The notes beneath the pieces were generated by a model. That model did no database searches and was not told the DNA's origin. It saw only the letters and a list, made by a program, of their open reading frames with translations. Made by a program: the position numbers and the translations under genes. DNA of 64,000 nt from Minisyncoccota bacterium (lineage in GTDB: Bacteria; Patescibacteriota; Minisyncoccia; Phycocordibacterales; XYD1-FULL-46-19): positions 736-64,735 of the forward strand of contig JBAZRF010000001.1 in assembly GCA_041663165.1 (NCBI GenBank), read 5' to 3'. Positions 1 to 7,489 of this stretch are shown in pieces; the first letter of the stretch is position 1, and every line of letters starts with the position of its first letter.

Positions 1-2
1 TT

Positions 3-644
3 TTTGTTGTCGTTTTTCAACGTGAGCTTCGACAGTTTTTTGACTGGATTTTTGTCTCGACTAGGCGTCTAACTTCTCCGCGCGGCCAGGTTTTATCTAA
101 AGAGGTTTCCTTCTTAATTATGAAAGCGGTTCAAGAAATGGCTGATAAAAAAATTGGTGCCCTAATTGTTCTACCCGGTCAACTACCTCTTGATGGCGTA
201 ATTGAGGGCGGTTTCAGCTTAGATGGGCTAATTTCTGTACCGCTCCTCCTGTCGATTTTTGATGTCACCAGTCCGGGTCATGACGGCGCAGTGGTCGTTG
301 ATGATGATCGGGTTAAAATGTTTGGCGTTCATCTACCCTTGGCTGAAAATTATTCAGCTTCTCGGGTAACGGGGACTCGTCATCGGGCCGCCGTTGGGGT
401 TACCGAGAAGTCCGATGCTCTTGTCATCATTGTCTCTGAAGAACGGGGCGAAATTTCAGTCGCTGAGCATGGTCAATTAAAAAAAATTAAGGAAGCACAT
501 GTTTTAGAAGAACGGGTTAGCCACTTTCTTAGCGAAGCCCAAGAGCCCGAATTTAATCGTTTTTGGTGGGTTTTTTTGGTGCGCAATTGGCGGCTTAAGA
601 TTTTATCTATTGTTTTAGCCATTATTCTCTGGTTAATTATTTAA
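3..644 (+). CDS. cdaA: Diadenylate cyclase (CdaA/DisA_N family), 5'-truncated by window edge
   Basis: Frame is open from nt 3 (FVVVFQRELR...). Has DAC motifs GALIV, HDGA, GTRHRAA and VSEERG. C-terminal TM segment resembles the CdaR anchor. Confidence 0.9.
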   Translation, partial: FVVVFQRELRQFFDWIFVSTRRLTSPRGQVLSKEVSFLIMKAVQEMADKKIGALIVLPGQLPLDGVIEGGFSLDGLISVPLLLSIFDVTSPGHDGAVVVDDDRVKMFGVHLPLAENYSASRVTGTRHRAAVGVTEKSDALVIIVSEERGEISVAEHGQLKKIKEAHVLEERVSHFLSEAQEPEFNRFWWVFLVRNWRLKILSIVLAIILWLII

Positions 645-656
645 GGAAGTATTTAT

Positions 657-2084
657 ATGTATACCAAAAAAACAAAAATCGTGGCAACGATCGGACCGGT
701 CTCGGAAGATGAAAAGACCTTGGAGCGCCTGATAAAACACGGTGTTAATGTTATTCGTCTCAATTTTTCCCACGGTTCTTTTGCTGAACATGGCTTAAGG
801 GTTAAAAAGGTCAGAGAAATTTCGTCTCGACTCGATATTCCCGTTGCTATCTTACAAGATCTTTGTGGCCCCAAGATCAGGATTGGCGATTTCAATGAAG
901 AACGAGTTACCTTGATTGCCGGTAAAGAATTTGTTTTAACGACGACCGAGGGAGTTGGCGACGAACATCGGGTTTGGGTTAATTATCATAATTTGCCTCA
1001 AGAGGTTAAGGCGGGGAATATCATTTTTCTTGATGACGGCAAAAAGAAATTAGTAGTTAAGAGGATCGAAGGTAACGATATTTATTGCGAGGTCATTATT
1101 GGTGGCGAAACTAAGGGGCGACGGGGCGTTAATGTCCCCGGCGCTTATTTATCGCTTAGCTCTTTAACCGACAAAGACAAAAAGGATCTAGAATTTGGCA
1201 TTGAGCAAGGGGTGGATTTTATGGCCCTATCCTTTGTTCGTCGGCCCGAGGACGTGCTTGAATTACGCGAAATATTAAAACAGAAAAAAGCCGGAGAGAT
1301 TAAGATAATTTCAAAAATCGAGACCGAAGAGGGGATCGACAATCTCGATGCCATTTTAGCCGTCTCTGACGGGGTGATGGTGGCTCGTGGCGATCTGGCG
1401 ATTGAGATTCCGGCTGAGCAAGTTCCTTTTGCGCAGAAAACGATCATCAAAAAATGTAATCGGCTAGGTTTACCGGTGATTACCGCCACCCAGATGCTTG
1501 AGTCAATGATCAAATCGCCAACTCCAACGCGGGCCGAGGTCAATGACGTAGCCAATGCCATTTTTGATGGCACGGACGCCGTGATGCTCTCCGAAGAAAC
1601 GACGCTGGGTGAGCATCCCGTCGAGGCGGTAGATGTTATGTCTCGAGTGGCGGTGCAAACTGAAAAGCATCTTGATCACGAAGATTTTTTGGCTAATATT
1701 TGCGCTGACGGCCATTGTCGGCGCAGTGTGGCCGACGCTTTTAGTGAGGCAGCTATCAATGTTGGCCATACAATCGACGCTAGCGCCATCGTGGTACTGA
1801 GCAATTCTGGCTTTACCGCGCGAATGATTTCACGCCTAAAACCTCATCGGCCGTTGATTGTTCTTACACCACAAGAAAAGACTTACAACCAGTTGGCCCT
1901 GTCTTATGCTTGCTATCCGTTGATGGAGAGAAATTTTTCTTCTCTCTCACAAGTTATTGAAGAGTCCAAAGCGATGTTGATTGATAAGAAATTAGTAAAG
2001 AAAAATGATCGAATTATTATTGTCGCCGGTTTGCCCTTGGGCCAGTCTGGGGCGACCAATACGGTTATTGCTGAGACGATCTAG
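657..2084 (+). CDS. pyk: Pyruvate kinase
   Basis: KTKIVATIGP, RLNFSHG, DLCGPKIR, MVARGDL, ATQMLESM and PTRAE motifs. Confidence 0.98.
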   Translation: MYTKKTKIVATIGPVSEDEKTLERLIKHGVNVIRLNFSHGSFAEHGLRVKKVREISSRLDIPVAILQDLCGPKIRIGDFNEERVTLIAGKEFVLTTTEGVGDEHRVWVNYHNLPQEVKAGNIIFLDDGKKKLVVKRIEGNDIYCEVIIGGETKGRRGVNVPGAYLSLSSLTDKDKKDLEFGIEQGVDFMALSFVRRPEDVLELREILKQKKAGEIKIISKIETEEGIDNLDAILAVSDGVMVARGDLAIEIPAEQVPFAQKTIIKKCNRLGLPVITATQMLESMIKSPTPTRAEVNDVANAIFDGTDAVMLSEETTLGEHPVEAVDVMSRVAVQTEKHLDHEDFLANICADGHCRRSVADAFSEAAINVGHTIDASAIVVLSNSGFTARMISRLKPHRPLIVLTPQEKTYNQLALSYACYPLMERNFSSLSQVIEESKAMLIDKKLVKKNDRIIIVAGLPLGQSGATNTVIAETI

Positions 2085-2100
2085 CTTTCCCTTAAACCAA

Positions 2101-2137
2101 TTGGCCGGCTGTTCGCGTATGCTATAATGCGAGCAGC
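2101..2137 (+). promoter_or_regulatory. Extended -10 promoter for hpf embedded in an inverted repeat
   Basis: TTGGCC(2101)..TG-C-TATAAT(2123-2128). Arms gctgttcgcgt (2108-2118) and atgcgagcagc (2127-2137). Confidence 0.5.
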
Positions 2138-2177
2138 AAAGCTCCCATTATTAATTTCGTTGTTAATATAAATTAAG

Positions 2178-2537
2178 ATGAGAATCAATATTAAAGCAAC
2201 CGGGATTGAGTTGACGCCAGCGTTAACCAATTACGTTAATGACAAGGTTGGCATGCTCGACAAACTGGTCGCTAATTTTGGCGAGGTATTGGCTAACGTG
2301 GAGATTGGCAAAGAAACTAATCATCATAAAACCGGCAATTGGTTTTTTGCCGAGATAAATCTTAATTACCCGGGCCGGACCTTGCGCCACGTGGTTGAAG
2401 AGTCAGATTTATACGCGGCGATTGATAAAGCTAAAGATGGTATGGCCGAAGAAATTCGCGCCTCTGAAAAAAAGAAAAAATCGTTGTTTCGCCGTGGCGC
2501 GCGGGCGCTCAAGAATGTCTTTAGCCGTGGCGCTTAA
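2178..2537 (+). CDS. raiA: Ribosome hibernation factor (HPF/RaiA, S30AE family)
   Basis: MRINIKATGIELTPAL start and DLYAAID motif, 119 aa. Confidence 0.93.
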   Translation: MRINIKATGIELTPALTNYVNDKVGMLDKLVANFGEVLANVEIGKETNHHKTGNWFFAEINLNYPGRTLRHVVEESDLYAAIDKAKDGMAEEIRASEKKKKSLFRRGARALKNVFSRGA

Positions 2538-2560
2538 TAAGTAAAATAAGGTGAAGCTGT

Positions 2561-3487
2561 TTATTTTTTAAAGCCGTTCAAAAAAGCTACCCAGGTCATT
2601 TCTTTGCGCCCTTCAGGGGTAACTAAATCATAAACAAGCTCATTCTCTTCAAGGTGGGCCTGCCTTATAATCACTCGAATTTTGCCGGTTGGACCGGGGT
2701 ACTCGAGGTAAGTACCGGGCCAAGGATTAAGCGCCAAGATTTTTCGGTAATTAATAAGAGTGGAGGAGCTTGGATCAAGGAAGCCGTCTGGCTTTACAAA
2801 CTTTTTGGTATAGGTGGCTTGATCGTGGCCCTGTTCTTGCAGTTCAATTTTACCTGCCTGCGCAGGCAGGTCAGACAAATAATCGGGCAAAAATTTTACC
2901 AACAATTCTGCGCCTAGCTCGGCCGTTTTGTCGCGCAATTGTTCAAAATTGTATAAGGGGACACCTTGTTCTGAACTCAAGTCGAAGGGTTCTTGCGCCA
3001 AAACCGGGCCATGATCCATCTCGGTATCCAATTTGATAATGGTTACCCCCGTCTCAGAATCGCCGTTTAGAATCGCTGTCTCGAGTGGCGACGGTCCGCG
3101 ATATTTAGGTAATAGCGATGGATGAATATTAAGTGTGCCATGAGTTGGTAAATCCAAAATTTCCTGTGGAATAATTTTGCCATAACTAGCGACGAGCGAA
3201 AAATCCAATTTTTCGAAGTCTTTTTTTGAAAGCTGGTCAGAAGTCGTACTTTGTGGAACTAAGTCCGACTTCGGGTCAGCGAGAAAGTTCTTCAAACTTG
3301 CCGGCTGAATTATCTTCACCCCATTTTCCTCTCCCCAAACCTTCACCAGCGGGGGAGTCATAATCATTTTTCGTCCCTTTGGTTTATCAGGCACCGTAAC
3401 AATCAAGGAGGGGACAAGCCCTCTGCCTTTTAATGTTTCCAAAACCTTTACACTAAACTCATCAGTGCCGAAAAAAGCAAAATTCAT
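2561..3487 (-). CDS. fmt: Methionyl-tRNA formyltransferase with short in-frame insertions
   Basis: FFGTDEF, PDKPKGR, NIHPSLLPKYRGPSP, MDHG and NPWPG motifs. Start moved to ATG 3487, with TATAAT 6 nt upstream. Confidence 0.95.
   Translation of the reverse strand: MNFAFFGTDEFSVKVLETLKGRGLVPSLIVTVPDKPKGRKMIMTPPLVKVWGEENGVKIIQPASLKNFLADPKSDLVPQSTTSDQLSKKDFEKLDFSLVASYGKIIPQEILDLPTHGTLNIHPSLLPKYRGPSPLETAILNGDSETGVTIIKLDTEMDHGPVLAQEPFDLSSEQGVPLYNFEQLRDKTAELGAELLVKFLPDYLSDLPAQAGKIELQEQGHDQATYTKKFVKPDGFLDPSSSTLINYRKILALNPWPGTYLEYPGPTGKIRVIIRQAHLEENELVYDLVTPEGRKEMTWVAFLNGFKK
2852..2871. repeat. Perfect 20-bp palindrome inside fmt (encodes LPAQAG)
   Basis: acctgcctgc|gcaggcaggt. Confidence 0.85.
3240..3272. 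repeat. GAAGT-nnn-ACTTC-family inverted repeat inside fmt
   Basis: gaagtcgtactt ... aagtccgacttc, 12-bp arms with 1 mismatch. Confidence 0.7.
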
Positions 3488-3522
3488 GCTCCAATTATAG
3501 CAAAAATGATGATTCTGGTCAC

Positions 3523-3551
3523 TTGACAAATTACTGATATAAGAGTATAAT
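3523..3551 (+). promoter_or_regulatory. Consensus sigma70 promoter
   Basis: TTGACA-17 nt-TATAAT. Confidence 0.85.
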
Positions 3552-3580
3552 CAAGAGCAGGATTGGAAAGGAGATCTAGC

Positions 3581-3697
3581 ATGAACAAAATTGGCGCCTT
3601 CCTAACTGGCCTTGTGGCTGGCTACGGTAAGCAGGTGTCTCGCGCTTGGCAAGATGTTATTGCCGCGGCGATTGCCGTGGCGCGAGCTATCCACTAG
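3581..3697 (+). CDS. Unannotated 38-aa small hydrophobic/amphipathic protein
   Basis: AAGGAG 7 nt before ATG, perfect promoter upstream, hairpin plus T-tract downstream. Sequence MNKIGAFLTGLVAGYGKQVSRAWQDVIAAAIAVARAIH. Confidence 0.7.
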   Translation: MNKIGAFLTGLVAGYGKQVSRAWQDVIAAAIAVARAIH

Positions 3698-3725
3698 ACC
3701 GACTCCTCGTTTTTACAGGGATATC

Positions 3726-3766
3726 CCCTGGGGTCCGAGTTTGGGATTCCGGGGGGTTTATTTTTT
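3726..3766 (+). terminator. Intrinsic terminator of the 38-aa ORF
   Basis: GC stem cccctggggtcc/ggattccggggg followed by tttatttttt. Confidence 0.65.
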
Positions 3767-4276
3767 AACTTCCGGTTTATATTCTTTTAACTCTTTTGTT
3801 TTTTCGATAAACAGAACGCCATTTAAGTGGTCGGTCTCGTGCTGAAAGATTTGGGCCAAGAGGCCGGTGCCAGAGCGAGTAAATTTTTTGCCATCAATAT
3901 CATAAGCAGTGACGGTGGCTTTGACTGAACGCCTCACTTCGCCATAAAGCCAGCGCACCGATAAGCAACCCTCCTCCATGGTCATTTTTTCTTTAGATAA
4001 TTTAGTTAATTCAGGATTAATAAAAACCAAATCCGGTTTTATTTTCTTTGCTTCAAAATCTTCCTCGTTTGTAAAAATTCGGCCCGAGACAACGAAAATT
4101 CGTAACGGCAGGCCGATTTGCGGCGCCGCTAGTGCCACCCCGTCGTCTTCTTTAGCCAGCGCTTCGCTCATATCGGTGATAATTTTTTTCAGTTTGGGCG
4201 TACCAAAAAGCTCCTTACCCACCTCCTCAGCGGGCTGATGAAGCACCTCATTTTCTTTTTGCACAATCTTGACCAT
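3758..4276 (-). CDS. def: Peptide deformylase
   Basis: GVALAAPQIG, EGCLSV and QHETDHLNG motifs. Confidence 0.97.
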   Translation of the reverse strand: MVKIVQKENEVLHQPAEEVGKELFGTPKLKKIITDMSEALAKEDDGVALAAPQIGLPLRIFVVSGRIFTNEEDFEAKKIKPDLVFINPELTKLSKEKMTMEEGCLSVRWLYGEVRRSVKATVTAYDIDGKKFTRSGTGLLAQIFQHETDHLNGVLFIEKTKELKEYKPEVKK

Positions 4277-4399
4277 AGCTAATAACTATAATTTACAACA
4301 AAAAACTCAATAAGTCGAACCCAGTTCTGGACAAATGTTCTTTTGAGCCCATAATGGTAATAGAAAGAGTGCAGTTCAAACAGGATGAGGAGGCGCGCC

Positions 4400-4771
4400 A
4401 TGAAACTGTGCGTTATTGCCAGAGCATTACACCCTAATAAGGGTCGGAACCCCAGATCGGCCGTAGCCAACATAACCGCGGTCGAACTGGTTGCCGACAC
4501 CACACCCGTTTTTGGCCTACCGATGACTACTACGGTTGTCATCTACAACGGGGTGACATATCCACTGAAGGGGATTAGAGCCGATGGACTTAGTCCGGAG
4601 CAGGGGATCGTTTCTCTGTTGATCGGTTTGGAAAACGATTCCGAGGGTGTGGGGGAAAGGTGTATGGAATTGTTTACCGACCAGCCCTGGGGCAACGGCA
4701 CACCCTGTGCGGCTATCCGAGCCCTTGTTAAGACGCTGGTGGAAAAGAAGATGCGGCCACGGCGGTGGTGA
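4400..4771 (+). CDS. Orphan hypothetical protein (solo cassette)
   Basis: TGGACA-16-CATAAT (4328-4355), GAGGAGG 6 nt before ATG 4400, hairpin at 4788-4831. Confidence 0.7.
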   Translation: MKLCVIARALHPNKGRNPRSAVANITAVELVADTTPVFGLPMTTTVVIYNGVTYPLKGIRADGLSPEQGIVSLLIGLENDSEGVGERCMELFTDQPWGNGTPCAAIRALVKTLVEKKMRPRRW

Positions 4772-4831
4772 TTGAGTTGCCCGTCTCGCAACAACGAACC
4801 CGAATCGTTTGCGCGAGGCGGGTTCTGTTGC

Positions 4832-6748
4832 TTATAAAACACTCTCAGGGTCTACTCGGATGATAAAAGTTGGTGGTAATGATTTGAGAATGGACAATAG
4901 TTTTTTATCGGGCCAGGCAGAGGTCGAAAGTTTAACTAAAATATTTAGAACAGGGAAGCCCTTAATGCTTTTGGTTAATGAGGGATAGATAATTGGCTGC
5001 CACTCGGCTAGAGATTTTTCTAATTGGGTCATATCTTTTTTTATTTCTTCTTTTTTACCTTCGCGCGAAATTTTAATTAAGACTTTAAACGGCGGATAAC
5101 CGATCTGTCGGCGTTCTTCAATTTCGTCGCGGTAAAAATCAAGCAAATTGCCGGAGAGTACATACTGAAAGACCTTTTCGTCTGGATTGCGCGTCTGGAT
5201 AAAGAGGCGTTTGCTGGCTAAGAGTCGGAGGCGTAGCAATTCGCTAAATAGTTTTTCACCCAAGCGATAATCGGGTTTGGCAAATAAATGATCTAGGCCA
5301 ACCATGGCGATGTTCTCGATTTTTTCACCCAAATAGTTTAAGGCCATTTCTGTGCCGATGAGCACTGAGCCTGGCGATGAATAAAACTTGGCCATGATTT
5401 CTTTGGCTCTCGTCGGCGTTTTGGCGTTATCGCTATCAAGACGAAAAACATTAATGTTGGGCAAACTCTTTTTTATTTCCTGCTCAATTTTCTCAGCGCC
5501 TAAACCAAGTAGAGCCAAACGAACACCCCCGCAATTTGAACATTTGTCTTCTACTTCGACAACCTGTCCGCATTTGTGGCATAAAAATAAATGTTCATCG
5601 TTTACGGCCAGAGAATCCCTTTTATTTTTTTGATGAATAGTGAGTGCCGAGTGACAAATGTCACAAGCCATTACTAGTCCGCAATCATTACAAATGGTCA
5701 CCGGTGTTAGACCCCGCTGGCCGGCAAAAATAAAAAATTGTTCGTTATTGTCGCCAGCATTCTCGATTTGTGCCAGCAATCTTTCGCCAAGAGAATTCAA
5801 AATATCTAAATCATCCTTTTTGTCTTTTTTTATCAGGGGCCAGAGCTGCTGTTTAATGTCCGAATAAACTCGATATTTGATCGCTGTGGCTGGCGTAATC
5901 TCGCCTCGGCCGAGACGATAAATTGTTTCGCTACGCAGAGCAATGTCGCCAAAAATGAGGCGAATCTTTTTTTCTTCGGACAATTTCTCCGCGAAAAATC
6001 TCCAATCGACGTGTGGCCGGGAAAAATTTTTGTAGGTACTCGAATTTTCTTTTTCCAAAATTAAAGTGGTAATGTCGGCTCGGGGGAGGGATAAAAAGAG
6101 GGGAGTGGCAACGATCAAAACTGGATGAGTCGTGGTCAAAACCTTTTTCCATAAACTCAACAATTGATTTTTGGCCAGTCCGCCATGAAGGACTGTAACA
6201 TATTGTTCAATCCCTTTAGAAATTAAAGGGACTACTCGCTCGATGTCGGGGAGGGTTGGCAAGCAAAGGAAAATTGATTGTTTCTTGGCAAAACTCTCCC
6301 GAATGAGGCTTCGATAAAAAGACAGTCTCTCTTCGTCAGGTTCTTGGATCGCTAGAAATTCGGCCAGGATCTTTTCTCGGGGATCTTCCCAGTCTGGCAA
6401 TTTTACGTCCGGCAACCGGTCAAGAATTGTTTGCGGTATCAGAGATTTAATTACCTGACCGGGAAAAGTGGCATAATACTCGGCGGTTAAGTTGGCGGCC
6501 TTAATGAACTCCGGAGAAAAATACCCTTCCTTTTTTACCCGATTTATTTTTCGCCAGCCAAAGTCAGTTTTTTTAATTTGAATTTTGAGATCTTTGACTG
6601 ATTTTTCGGCAACGATTAAACCATCGATCATTTTATTTCTGATCGGTATCGAGACGAGCGATCCTAAGGGTATTTCTTTGGCGGTAAAATAAGAGAGAGA
6701 ATCCCGCCAAACGCCCTTGCTGATGGGAATAACACTAACGATTTTCAT
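4832..6748 (-). CDS. priA: Primosomal protein N' (PriA), helicase motifs degenerate
   Basis: N-terminal 3'-binding region, CxxC zinc motifs, GAEKIE/ILIGT-like region and YPPF C-terminus. No Walker A GKT or DEEH. Confidence 0.88.
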   Translation of the reverse strand: MKIVSVIPISKGVWRDSLSYFTAKEIPLGSLVSIPIRNKMIDGLIVAEKSVKDLKIQIKKTDFGWRKINRVKKEGYFSPEFIKAANLTAEYYATFPGQVIKSLIPQTILDRLPDVKLPDWEDPREKILAEFLAIQEPDEERLSFYRSLIRESFAKKQSIFLCLPTLPDIERVVPLISKGIEQYVTVLHGGLAKNQLLSLWKKVLTTTHPVLIVATPLFLSLPRADITTLILEKENSSTYKNFSRPHVDWRFFAEKLSEEKKIRLIFGDIALRSETIYRLGRGEITPATAIKYRVYSDIKQQLWPLIKKDKKDDLDILNSLGERLLAQIENAGDNNEQFFIFAGQRGLTPVTICNDCGLVMACDICHSALTIHQKNKRDSLAVNDEHLFLCHKCGQVVEVEDKCSNCGGVRLALLGLGAEKIEQEIKKSLPNINVFRLDSDNAKTPTRAKEIMAKFYSSPGSVLIGTEMALNYLGEKIENIAMVGLDHLFAKPDYRLGEKLFSELLRLRLLASKRLFIQTRNPDEKVFQYVLSGNLLDFYRDEIEERRQIGYPPFKVLIKISREGKKEEIKKDMTQLEKSLAEWQPIIYPSLTKSIKGFPVLNILVKLSTSAWPDKKLLSILKSLPPTFIIRVDPESVL

Positions 6749-6844
6749 GGCGATATATTACCCGGCAGTATATCGGCTTTGCTAGATATCCACAACTCGG
6801 CCAAAAACTTTCCTCTTTTCTGGTTAAGTTATATAATGAAATGA

Positions 6845-7483
6845 ATGAAAGGGGTTATCTGGTTAGCTTCCGGGTTGATGCTCTCGCTTTTGTTGGTGAG
6901 TGGCATTAGTGTGGGTTCTCAACTTGCCGAATCGGGCAATTTTTTCGCCACACAAGATTTAAAAGTTATTGGCCAGTCTTCAAGTCGAGCTTTAGGAAAA
7001 ATAAATCAAGGGCTTAATTCTCAACTCAGCCCCCTTAAAAATTCGGCCGCGGTCGTCACCACCGGGAATATTTTTTCTGCTTGGCTCCCTTCTCTTACTA
7101 ATTGGCTCGGTAACTTATGGCAGAGAGCAGTTAGCGCCTGGAAGAATTTTCTTGGCTTAACGTCCCAAGAATCGCAAATTACTCCAGCCATGCGAGAGCA
7201 AATTAGGCAAGAGCTGTTAGCCGAATTAAAAAATCAGGGCTTATTTAACTCAAACCTATCAACAAATACTGATGCTTTGGGCACCAGATATGGCATTATG
7301 GTGGCTCCGTCTACTGGCTCAACGACTCGCGACGAATTGTTAAAGAAGAGTTTAAGTCAAATGTTTGCCGATCAAGTTAGTTTGAGGTTTGATCAAACCG
7401 GAATGTCTGGTGTCGTTACTCCAACTTTTCGAGATGGTCGAAAAGGCGGCGATTATATCTTTGTGCTAACTCCTTTACCCTAG
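6845..7483 (+). CDS. Membrane-anchored hypothetical protein
   Basis: 212-aa ORF with N-terminal hydrophobic helix and TATAAT 7 nt upstream. Confidence 0.75.
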   Translation: MKGVIWLASGLMLSLLLVSGISVGSQLAESGNFFATQDLKVIGQSSSRALGKINQGLNSQLSPLKNSAAVVTTGNIFSAWLPSLTNWLGNLWQRAVSAWKNFLGLTSQESQITPAMREQIRQELLAELKNQGLFNSNLSTNTDALGTRYGIMVAPSTGSTTRDELLKKSLSQMFADQVSLRFDQTGMSGVVTPTFRDGRKGGDYIFVLTPLP

Positions 7484-7489
7484 ATTAAA

